The notes under the pieces were generated by a model that was not told where the DNA came from, made no database searches, and worked only from the letters and a program-made list of their open reading frames with translations. Below, piece by piece: positions 37,787-46,389 of a DNA stretch of 64,000 nucleotides; the first letter of the stretch is position 1, and every line of letters begins with the position of its first letter. The stretch is from assembly GCA_964389625.1 (NCBI GenBank), contig CAYMEF010000001.1:5880-69879 (forward strand), written 5' to 3'. The position numbers were made by a program, and so were the translations under genes. This stretch comes from an uncultured Thermoplasmatales archaeon. GTDB taxonomy: Archaea; Thermoplasmatota; Thermoplasmata; Thermoplasmatales; GCA-001856825.

Positions 37787-39610
37787 ATGAAGCGTTCTTA
37801 TATCGCAATTATAGTGGTAGTTGTGGTAGTAATAGTAATCGGTTCTTCGGTGGCAGTCTATGAATACAACAATTCCAGTCGTAATAAGAAAACTACGCCC
37901 AACACACTAACGGTAGAGGAGTCTGCATTCCCGGACAGCCTTGATCCTGCTGTGACATTTTCAACGCCAGGCTGGGAAATATTGGATCAAGTTTATCAGA
38001 CGCTGATTGCTCCTGACAATTCGAGTCAGACCTCGTTCGTTCCTGTTTTAGCGACTAGCTGGACGGCATCATCCAATTACATGAATTATACGTTCGATCT
38101 GAGACACAACGTCACCTTCTCGAATGGCGACACGTTCGACGCTTACGTAATGTGGTATTCCCTCTATAGAGGAATGCTGCTTAATCAAGCACCGGAATTC
38201 ATTCTCGGCCAGAACTTGGCAGCCAATGGCACCTACGGAAACAACTCTTTCAACATAACGGCCAACACGTTGAATTCAATTAACTACACCAGCCCGAGTA
38301 CTTCGGATTTGTCCACAATGAGCAATCCTTTCCAATCGGTCCAGGTAGTGAACAAGTACGAGATTGTCATACATCTCGGCTCTGGGTACAATGGATATCT
38401 GCCGTACAATGCATTCTTGATGACACTGACGACTCCAATGGGAATGGCAGTTGATCCTGCGGTTGTAAAGGCCAATGGGGGAGTTGTAGCCGGTCAGACC
38501 AACCAGAACTTGTCTGGCTGGGCCATAGGCACCGGTTTCTACAAGCTCGGCTCTGTTGTTCAGGGGCAGAGTATCACCCTCGTTGAAAATCCCACTTACT
38601 GGGGAAAGAATATTCCTTCGGGTCAGCTCAACAATGCAATCAGCCCTCCGCACATAAAATACATAGTTCTAGAGTACAAGCCAACTTCTTCCATAATATC
38701 CGACCTCAAGGGCGGAAAGGCACAGATAGTTGAAGCTCCTGTCACGGATTATTCAGTCCTCAAGAGCATATCGGGAGTAACAGTCAACAAGCTTCCGATC
38801 CAGTTCGGGTCCTCCCAGAATTCTTTCTTTGTCTATATGGACCAGATTGGAAATTATGCATTCCAGAACATCGATGTAAGGAAGGCCGTGACCTATGCCA
38901 TCAACTACACCGGGATTATTTCGGGAGTATACGGCGGTCAAGCCCAGCAGTGGATTGGCCCGGTGCCGCCAGGCTTCGAGTACTACAATCAGAGCATCGG
39001 TTCCCTGACAATGTACTCCTATGATCCTGCAGCTGCCGCCCACTACCTAAACGATGCAGGTTACAGAGCTGTTCTGCCGGACGGGACAGTCCTTAAAGGA
39101 ACTCCATTCCCGACCTATGACTTCCTGTACGAATCTGACTCCACTTCCCAGACCCTGGCAGCAAGGATAATTTCCAACGATCTGGCTGCAATCGGGATCA
39201 ACGTGACCCTGGCAGGACAGCCCGCGAGCACTTTCACTGCGATCGTCTATGCCTATGCCTCGAGTTCGACACAGTACCCAATTGGGTTGAATTACTACAC
39301 CGAAGATTATTCGGCATCGGTAGATTATGTGTCAGCTCTTGCGGCTGGATACTACAACGGCACTTCGGATTACTACAACTCGACAGTTTTCAACTGGACG
39401 GTAAATGCGAGCACTTCCTTCAACAATGCGTCTATAATACAGAACCTGAGCTACATAACGAACGAAATGTATCAGAACTACACGATGGCATGGCTGTACG
39501 TACCTTACCTACTCAGTGTTAATGCTAACGATGTCACCGGAATGATACCCAATACCGCTGGGTCCGGTGCGGGATACTTTATGTTCTACAATACTGTGCA
39601 GTACACGTGA
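37787..39610 (+). CDS. ABC transporter substrate-binding protein, family 5 (Opp/Dpp/Nik type), membrane-anchored
   Basis: N-terminal TM anchor IAIIVVVVVVIVIG, family-5 SBP length, and position upstream of two permease genes. Confidence 0.8.
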   Translation: MKRSYIAIIVVVVVVIVIGSSVAVYEYNNSSRNKKTTPNTLTVEESAFPDSLDPAVTFSTPGWEILDQVYQTLIAPDNSSQTSFVPVLATSWTASSNYMNYTFDLRHNVTFSNGDTFDAYVMWYSLYRGMLLNQAPEFILGQNLAANGTYGNNSFNITANTLNSINYTSPSTSDLSTMSNPFQSVQVVNKYEIVIHLGSGYNGYLPYNAFLMTLTTPMGMAVDPAVVKANGGVVAGQTNQNLSGWAIGTGFYKLGSVVQGQSITLVENPTYWGKNIPSGQLNNAISPPHIKYIVLEYKPTSSIISDLKGGKAQIVEAPVTDYSVLKSISGVTVNKLPIQFGSSQNSFFVYMDQIGNYAFQNIDVRKAVTYAINYTGIISGVYGGQAQQWIGPVPPGFEYYNQSIGSLTMYSYDPAAAAHYLNDAGYRAVLPDGTVLKGTPFPTYDFLYESDSTSQTLAARIISNDLAAIGINVTLAGQPASTFTAIVYAYASSSTQYPIGLNYYTEDYSASVDYVSALAAGYYNGTSDYYNSTVFNWTVNASTSFNNASIIQNLSYITNEMYQNYTMAWLYVPYLLSVNANDVTGMIPNTAGSGAGYFMFYNTVQYT

Positions 39611-39619
39611 TAGGGTGAT

Positions 39620-40627
39620 GTGTTGGAGGGGAAGCAGGAGTTACTCTACTTCATCCTGAAGAGGATCGCGGTATCAGTACTGGTGATCCTCGGGACAATT
39701 TTTGTAGTTTTTTTGATATCTCACTATCTCAACAGCAACCCCGCGGCACTATGGGCTGGACCCAAAGCAAGACCATCAACCATAAAGTCAGTCATCCTCA
39801 GATACGGACTGAATCAACCGGTCTATATCCAGCTCTACAATTTCATAAAGGACTTCTTTACTGGAAATTTTGGAACAGATCCGGTTACTGGTCGATCAAT
39901 AAGTTCAGAGATATTCTTCTTTTTGCCGAATACGATAGCACTTGTCCTTACCGCACTGTTGGTCATAGTAGTAAGTGGCGTTGGGCTTGGATATCTTGCT
40001 GCCATAAACTTTGGCACAAAGAAGGATTCCATGATCAGGATACTCTACACATCTGCGTGGGCATCCCCTACATTTCTCGTGAGCATACTCGCGTTGATTT
40101 TGTTCACCTCATATTTCCCTATTTTTCCATCAGGTGGAATGTTCAATCCAACAGAAATACCTCAACCGGGATTCGTAGGGGCGATCTCTCACTTCTCGGA
40201 TGGGTTGTATCACATCGTGCTACCTGCCCTTACGCTGGCTTTTCTAAACTTTGGGATCATAACCAGGATCAGCAGGAACGGAATACTTGGGGTCAAGTGG
40301 CTTCCCTACGTTAAGTCTGCGAAAGCCAGAGGACTGGATCAGAAGAGCATAAACAGGCGTCACATTCTGAGGAATGGACTCGTGGAGAGCAATACTGTCA
40401 TTGCAGTCATGTTCGGATGGTTAATGACAGGGGATGTCATCGTTGAGGAAATATTTGGCTGGCCCGGGATAGGGAAATTCGCTTATACGGCCATTTCTGG
40501 AGACGACTACCCTGTATTGATATTCATCGTGATAACATTCACCATCTTGGTCATTTTGGCCAACCTGATTGCAGACATAATGTATGCCGTACTGGACCCA
40601 AGAATTAGACTGGGAGGGGAAGAATGA
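39620..40627 (+). CDS. ABC transporter permease (OppB/DppB-like)
   Basis: 6 TM segments and an EAA-like loop (KSAKARGL). GTG start. Confidence 0.9.
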   Translation: MLEGKQELLYFILKRIAVSVLVILGTIFVVFLISHYLNSNPAALWAGPKARPSTIKSVILRYGLNQPVYIQLYNFIKDFFTGNFGTDPVTGRSISSEIFFFLPNTIALVLTALLVIVVSGVGLGYLAAINFGTKKDSMIRILYTSAWASPTFLVSILALILFTSYFPIFPSGGMFNPTEIPQPGFVGAISHFSDGLYHIVLPALTLAFLNFGIITRISRNGILGVKWLPYVKSAKARGLDQKSINRRHILRNGLVESNTVIAVMFGWLMTGDVIVEEIFGWPGIGKFAYTAISGDDYPVLIFIVITFTILVILANLIADIMYAVLDPRIRLGGEE

Positions 40628-41553
40628 GGCGACAGTCGCTAAAAAAGTCTCTTGGAATCGTTACCGGCAACCGCCTGTCTTCAACTGGGCTTGTGATAAT
40701 ACTTGTCTTCATTGTCATAGCCATCCTGTACACAGTACTTGGGAACCGTATAATTCCGTACAACCCCCTGAGCATGAATCTAGCAGACGTGAATGCACCG
40801 CCGAGTTTCACTCACCTATTTGGTACAGATAATTCTGGTCGTGATATCTTTTCCTTGATCATTGCTGCGATCCCAATAGACATTGGTATTTCCATATTCA
40901 TCGTCGTAGTTTCGGCACTGATCGGACTCTTCCTTGGAACCATTGCCGGATACTTCAGGGGAATCGCGGAGGAGGTTATAATGAGGATAACGGACCTATT
41001 CTTTGCCTTCCCTCCACTGGTTATGTCCCTCGCAATAGCGGCCACTCTGGGAAAGAGCCTGTTGTTCGCTGCATTTTCAATCATTTTCGTGTGGTGGCCT
41101 CCCTACGTGAGACTAGTCAGGAGTAGCACCCTTCAAGTTTCTACTAGCGATTTCATCACTATGTCAAAGGTCTTGAACACAAGGTTCCGGAAGATACTCT
41201 TCAAAGGAATACTGCCGAACATAATGACTACACTCGTCGTGTACGCAACAATGGACATAGGGACTGCGATGCTTACCCTCTCCACCCTGGGCTTCCTGAA
41301 CATCGGGATTCCGGTCCAGCAACCGGAACTGGGTCTCATGGCCTCTGTACTAAACACCAATCTCTATCTGGATCCGCTGGAAGGTCTGATTCCTGCCGTA
41401 TTCATTTTCATAATAGTAATGGGATTCAGTCTGACGGGCGAGGGTTTGGCCGAAGTAATCGATCCGAACATTAGGTCTCACCTTTTCTCGAGGAAAAAGA
41501 GACTGGAAGAATTCAAGAAAACGACTGAAGGAAAATCCAAGGCGGTCGATTGA
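40624..41553 (+). CDS. ABC transporter permease (OppC/DppC-like)
   Basis: FGTDNSGRDIFS N-terminal motif and a 4-nt overlap with the preceding permease. Confidence 0.9.
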   Translation: MRRQSLKKSLGIVTGNRLSSTGLVIILVFIVIAILYTVLGNRIIPYNPLSMNLADVNAPPSFTHLFGTDNSGRDIFSLIIAAIPIDIGISIFIVVVSALIGLFLGTIAGYFRGIAEEVIMRITDLFFAFPPLVMSLAIAATLGKSLLFAAFSIIFVWWPPYVRLVRSSTLQVSTSDFITMSKVLNTRFRKILFKGILPNIMTTLVVYATMDIGTAMLTLSTLGFLNIGIPVQQPELGLMASVLNTNLYLDPLEGLIPAVFIFIIVMGFSLTGEGLAEVIDPNIRSHLFSRKKRLEEFKKTTEGKSKAVD

Positions 41554-42366
41554 TCACCTCTTTATCTCTGGAGGATCGCCTCTCTTCCTGAGCGAAGGTA
41601 CCGGTGCAATGATCAGGACGATAACGAGAACCAAAATGATGGCCATGATCTCGTTGCTCTGGACTGGGATGTATTTGAGGTACAGGGTGTTGCCCGACAG
41701 CGCCGAAATCCAGAGTTTCAATACGCCTAGAACCGGAAGATATCCGACTGCATACCCCAAGACCTGTGAACTGTTGACTAGAGTATTGTCGATACCTAAA
41801 TTTTGGTCAGCACCCATAGTCCAGTTCCCTGTAGGATAGGAGGAACTCGCAAAATTGTGATCTCCCATTGTGACGAACCCTGTTTCCCCGATATAATTCT
41901 GAAGACTGACCAAGAGATTCTTGTGGGAATATCCCACATCAGTTAAGTAAACGTTCGACCCCTGAATCGTAAGCCATGATGGGTTGTAGTTGCCGTAGAG
42001 TATGGGAGTTGTACCCTTCCAACCTTCAACGTAAAAGATTGCTCTATGTATCACCAGCTCCCCGAGATAATAATTCTTGTAAACTATAACGTTACCGAAT
42101 TCACCGTAATTTGTTGGATGTCCTTTTTCGCGTGAAACGAGATACGTCTGGACGTCCTGGAAAGAATTTATTTTCTTTACTCCAACTATGTCACCCGTAT
42201 TGATTACTCCAAACACAAAGTTGTTTCCGTGTTGCATCGAGCTTGACTCAACTATGACAGCCGGTGGCCAGTTTTCGGTATAGAAATAGAGCGACGAGAA
42301 AATTACAGCTATGATCGCCAGTACGGCGATGACACTTATGACTTCGCCCTTGTATTTGAAAGTCAC
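41554..42366 (-). CDS. Type I signal peptidase, archaeal/eukaryal Sec11 (S26B) type
   Basis: N-terminal TM segment, then ESSSM (Ser box), TGDIV, VIHRA (His box), MGDHN, plus a C-terminal TM segment. Confidence 0.65.
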   Translation of the reverse strand: MTFKYKGEVISVIAVLAIIAVIFSSLYFYTENWPPAVIVESSSMQHGNNFVFGVINTGDIVGVKKINSFQDVQTYLVSREKGHPTNYGEFGNVIVYKNYYLGELVIHRAIFYVEGWKGTTPILYGNYNPSWLTIQGSNVYLTDVGYSHKNLLVSLQNYIGETGFVTMGDHNFASSSYPTGNWTMGADQNLGIDNTLVNSSQVLGYAVGYLPVLGVLKLWISALSGNTLYLKYIPVQSNEIMAIILVLVIVLIIAPVPSLRKRGDPPEIKR

Positions 42367-42470
42367 TGGAGGTCTAGAATAACAACGATTAAATCATTTG
42401 CCATGAAACGTCGGTGGAAAAAATTCAGAAAACAAAATATTTTATTAATAAGTGTTGCATCACAATTGTA

Positions 42471-42965
42471 ATGAAAGGGGAAAAAATTACAATAGAACAG
42501 CTGAATGAACTTGACAGGAAGATATTGCTAAGCATTTTCGACACGAGAGAAACGAACCTCAGTGTTATATCTAAGAAGGTTGGGGTTTCCAAATCGACCG
42601 TCCACAACAGACTAAAAAAAATGAAGAGCAGTAATTTTCTGAAGGGAGTGATTCCGCTCATCAACCAGAACAATCTAGATAAGAGTATAACGGCATTCTC
42701 CTTGATCAACGCGAAGTATGGCCCAGAGTATGGTGAGGCAATAGGTGCAAGGATTGCCAAGATCAAAGGAGTTTGGGCCGTCTACTTTGTCCTTGGGAGT
42801 ATAGATTTTGTGGCCCTGATAAGAGCGAGGAACAAGGCGGAGCTTGGAACTATTGTTAATGAGCTCTCCAGGACCCCTGGGGTTGAGAGGAGCGAGACCA
42901 TCATGGCCCTAAATACAGCAAAGGAAGATTTTCCAGAATCACTCAAGCTCGTCATAAAGGAATAG
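42471..42965 (+). CDS. Lrp/AsnC-family transcriptional regulator
   Basis: LDRKILLSIFDTRETNLSVISKKVGVSKSTVHNRLKKM followed by a RAM domain. ATG 42471 lies about 28 nt after an AT-rich TATA region (42435-42450). Confidence 0.8.
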   Translation: MKGEKITIEQLNELDRKILLSIFDTRETNLSVISKKVGVSKSTVHNRLKKMKSSNFLKGVIPLINQNNLDKSITAFSLINAKYGPEYGEAIGARIAKIKGVWAVYFVLGSIDFVALIRARNKAELGTIVNELSRTPGVERSETIMALNTAKEDFPESLKLVIKE

Positions 42966-43074
42966 ACGAGAAATAAGCTGTAGAATACTCCAGTTTTGAA
43001 GAAATTTTTCATTAAACTTCCTTTTTGAGGGAAAGTTATTCACGTTTAATATACCAGAATTGCATTGATGAGAT

Positions 43075-44451
43075 ATGTCTGTTCAAACTTCAAGTAGACT
43101 GAGCCTAGAAAAAGCTCCATTATTGAAGACAAGGGTACCCGGTCCCAAGTCCCTTGAATTGCTTGACGTCCAGGATAAACTCGAGACTTCTAGCAGGTCA
43201 TATACGGGCTTCTTCAAATTCGCAATAGACTATGGAAAGGGCTCTACTGTCGTCGACGTTGATGGAAACGTATTCATCGATTGGTTCGGCGGAGTCTCAG
43301 TTCTTAACCTTGGGCATGGTCATCCTGCCGTGGTGGATGCAATAAAAAGGCAGGTAGATAAATTGACCCACATTACTGAAGTACCCACGGAGGCTAGAAT
43401 AAGGTACCTCAAGACCCTGAACTCCGTTCTACCGGGAAAAATGAAGGACAACTCCAAAATATTCATGACAGTCACGGGAGCGGAAGCATGCGAGGCCGCC
43501 GTTTCGCTCGCTAGGTTCAGCTCGAAGAAACCTACCATAATAGCATTCACGGGATCATACCACGGTATAGCCGGAGGGATTGTTGGTGCTACCTCAAACT
43601 ATCACTACAGGGAGTACGCGGGATTTTCGACGCAGAATTACGTATACGCCCCGTATCCATACCCATACAGGTTCTCTGGAGACTCCAAGAGAGAGGACAT
43701 CTCAAAAGTGGTCGTCGAGAGGATAGAAGAGATGATCAACGATCCGTATTCGGGAGTACCACCGGTGGGAGGTATCCTTGTCGAACCCATCCAGGGAGAG
43801 GGGGGTTACATCATTCCCCCAGACGATTTCTTGCCTATGCTCAGAGAAATTTGTGACAAGTACTCGATTCCGTTGATTATAGATGAGGTCCAGAGTGGCA
43901 TCGGCAGAACGGGAAAGATGTGGGAAACGGAGTACCACAACGTAACTCCGGACATAATGTGCATATCAAAGAGCATTGGCGGAGGAATACCCTTTTCTTC
44001 GGTAGCATACAGAAAGGATTTCGATGAGCTTCCCAAGGCATTTCATCTGGGAACGTACAGAGGAAATCCACTTGGACTAGCGGCTGGTGCCGCAATACTG
44101 GACGTCGTAAGAGAGGAGAGATTTCTGGAGAGAGTTCGGTCAAAGGGACGTTATTTGGTCAACAGGTTCGAGGAGATACAAGCAGACTCCAAGAACATAG
44201 GCGAGGTCAGAGGTCGTGGATATATGATCGCAAACGAGATCGTCAAGAATAAGCAGCAAAAGACTCCCGGTACTGAACTCGCGGGAAAGATAAGGGAAGA
44301 AATGTTCAAGAGAGGAGTCCTGATGCACACCTGCGGACACTACGGGAATGTTATGCGTTTCATGGCACCGCTCACGATAGAGGACGACCTGTTGGAACAG
44401 GGATTATCAATCTTCAAGGAAGCAATAAAAGAGACGGAAGTCAGAGCATGA
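43075..44451 (+). CDS. gabT: Class-III aminotransferase, 4-aminobutyrate aminotransferase-like
   Basis: TGAEACEAAV, IDEVQSGIGRTG, SKSIGGGIP. Confidence 0.8.
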   Translation: MSVQTSSRLSLEKAPLLKTRVPGPKSLELLDVQDKLETSSRSYTGFFKFAIDYGKGSTVVDVDGNVFIDWFGGVSVLNLGHGHPAVVDAIKRQVDKLTHITEVPTEARIRYLKTLNSVLPGKMKDNSKIFMTVTGAEACEAAVSLARFSSKKPTIIAFTGSYHGIAGGIVGATSNYHYREYAGFSTQNYVYAPYPYPYRFSGDSKREDISKVVVERIEEMINDPYSGVPPVGGILVEPIQGEGGYIIPPDDFLPMLREICDKYSIPLIIDEVQSGIGRTGKMWETEYHNVTPDIMCISKSIGGGIPFSSVAYRKDFDELPKAFHLGTYRGNPLGLAAGAAILDVVREERFLERVRSKGRYLVNRFEEIQADSKNIGEVRGRGYMIANEIVKNKQQKTPGTELAGKIREEMFKRGVLMHTCGHYGNVMRFMAPLTIEDDLLEQGLSIFKEAIKETEVRA

Positions 44452-45764
44452 GCATAGTCATACGGGACCCATATTCTGGAAGCGTTATAGAGACTATAGA
44501 GACTGACAACGTTGATTCCGCACTCAACAAGATTAGTGAAACGAAGTTAGCGCAAAAAGATTGGATGAAGAGTCTCGATGAGAGGCTGGATTACTTCAAG
44601 GAAACTGTTAGGCCGAACTTTGTCAAGTATACAGATGAACTCGCTCTGATCATGACTCAGGAGATGGGTAAACCAATATCACAGAGCGTCTCCGAGGTAA
44701 AGAAGAGCATAAAGCTCCTGGATTATCTGATAGAGAATGCACCAGGAATATTTAGCGCGGAAGAGATAAAGACGGAGGCATTCAAGAGTTATCTTAGATT
44801 TGATCCAATTGGCACTGTGATGTGCATAGAGCCGTGGAACTTCCCAGTGTGGCAGGTTGCAAGGGCTGCATTTCCAGCGCTATTGGCGGGCAATGGCGTA
44901 GTCCTGAAGCACGCGAGCTTAGTCGCTGGAGTTTCTCTAAAACTTCAGGAGATCGTTGATTCAAAAATCTTCAGGAGCCTCATCGTCGATGGAAAAACGG
45001 CTACATCACTCATACGACAAGTGGACGGAGTGGCTTTTACGGGTTCCACTCAAGTTGGATCCGGGATAGCATCGGAGGCTGGGAAAGAACTCAAACACGT
45101 AGTGATGGAACTCGGTGGTTCTGATCCTTTCATAATTCTGGACTCTGCCAACATAGAGTCAGCGGCAAAGGCAGCCGCGATTGGGAGGCTTCAAAACAAT
45201 GGGCAGAGTTGCATTGCATCGAAAAGGTTCTTGGTCCAAGAGAACGTCTACGAAGAGTTCAAGAGACTTGCGGAGGAAGAATTTTCAAAGGTAGTCATAG
45301 GCGATCCAAAGAAGAAAGAAACGTACATCGGTCCGCTGTCCTCGGTGGAACAGAAACGCTCGGTGGAAGAACAGATCAATTACCTGAAATCCAGAGGAAA
45401 AGTAGTTTTCCTCGGGGAGGGACAAGGGAATATCGTGCCACCCACTATTGCCGAACTGGACGAGAATTATCAGGAAGAAATATTTGGACCGGTTGCCGTC
45501 TTGAGGAAGTTCAGGAACAGGGATGAAGCGGTAAAGATTGCAAACGAAACACCCTACGGCCTAGGGACATCTATCTGGGGTGAAAAAAGTGAAGCAGAGA
45601 CGTTGGTGAGCGATATCGAAGCAGGAATGGTCTTCATAAATAGCATCGTATTCTCGGACCCGAGACTTCCGTTTGGAGGCGTAAAGAAGAGTGGACTAGG
45701 AAGAGAACTTTCAAAGTATGGAAGCAGGGAATTCACAAATATGAAAACTGTCTGGGTCAATTAG
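44448..45764 (+). CDS. gabD: Aldehyde dehydrogenase, succinate-semialdehyde dehydrogenase-like (short form)
   Basis: ELGGSDP, GQSCIASKR, EIFGPV. ATGA overlap with gabT. Confidence 0.75.
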   Translation: MSIVIRDPYSGSVIETIETDNVDSALNKISETKLAQKDWMKSLDERLDYFKETVRPNFVKYTDELALIMTQEMGKPISQSVSEVKKSIKLLDYLIENAPGIFSAEEIKTEAFKSYLRFDPIGTVMCIEPWNFPVWQVARAAFPALLAGNGVVLKHASLVAGVSLKLQEIVDSKIFRSLIVDGKTATSLIRQVDGVAFTGSTQVGSGIASEAGKELKHVVMELGGSDPFIILDSANIESAAKAAAIGRLQNNGQSCIASKRFLVQENVYEEFKRLAEEEFSKVVIGDPKKKETYIGPLSSVEQKRSVEEQINYLKSRGKVVFLGEGQGNIVPPTIAELDENYQEEIFGPVAVLRKFRNRDEAVKIANETPYGLGTSIWGEKSEAETLVSDIEAGMVFINSIVFSDPRLPFGGVKKSGLGRELSKYGSREFTNMKTVWVN

Positions 45765-46389
45765 ACGTTACAGTAATAGCGTAGTGACCTCTGTGAAATC
45801 GTGAGATATCCTTGATCTGTTGAACAGAGAATATTTCCCTAATCTTCTTTATTTCTCGATCTATGGAGAAATCACTCCTAAGAGAGAAAGTCTTCAACAT
45901 CAGGATTCCCCTCTTCGATCCGTAGAACTCCATATTCTTGGCAAAAATCTCTATCTGGTTTGGCTGTGATACGTCTTGGTAGACAATGTCCACCCTATCG
46001 ACAAACAGACCGTACAGCTCCGGTTTCTGGGCATCCGAAAGAATGGGGAAAACGTTCTCCTTGATCGCGGACAGAGATGTAAGTTTGATAAAAGGGACCG
46101 GTGCGAATTCAACGGCGAAAATTGAGCCGCTCGACAAGGAGTCTGCAATGTGTGATGCAGTCGTTCCTGCGCCGGCACCTAAGTAAAGCATGTGGTCTCC
46201 ACTTCTGATATCTGGTCTAAGTCCAAGCCTCATTGACGAGGAGAGTTTGCTCCTAAGAGGTGAGAAAACTCTGAAATATTTCCCTCCACGGTTAGAGACC
46301 TGCTCTCCATAAATCGATTTATTGTCTTTTGACTGGGAATAGAGATTTCCCCTGTCTTCGTAGAAATTGGGAACCTGAATCTCTCTCAT
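45757..46389 (-). CDS. flpA: Fibrillarin-like rRNA/tRNA 2'-O-methyltransferase
   Basis: RVFSPLRSKL, LYLGAGAGTTASHIAD, VYQDVSQPNQ. The ATG shares one nucleotide with the pan stop (TGATG). Confidence 0.9.
   Translation of the reverse strand: MREIQVPNFYEDRGNLYSQSKDNKSIYGEQVSNRGGKYFRVFSPLRSKLSSSMRLGLRPDIRSGDHMLYLGAGAGTTASHIADSLSSGSIFAVEFAPVPFIKLTSLSAIKENVFPILSDAQKPELYGLFVDRVDIVYQDVSQPNQIEIFAKNMEFYGSKRGILMLKTFSLRSDFSIDREIKKIREIFSVQQIKDISRFHRGHYAITVTSN

Noticed and set aside
19561-43065. A CAGAATTG motif shared near the starts of the cyclase B, omega-aminotransferase (34838) and gabT (43075) genes, considered as a common operator.
   Set aside because: An 8-mer is expected to occur about twice by chance in 64 kb counting both strands. 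Position and orientation relative to the starts are inconsistent.
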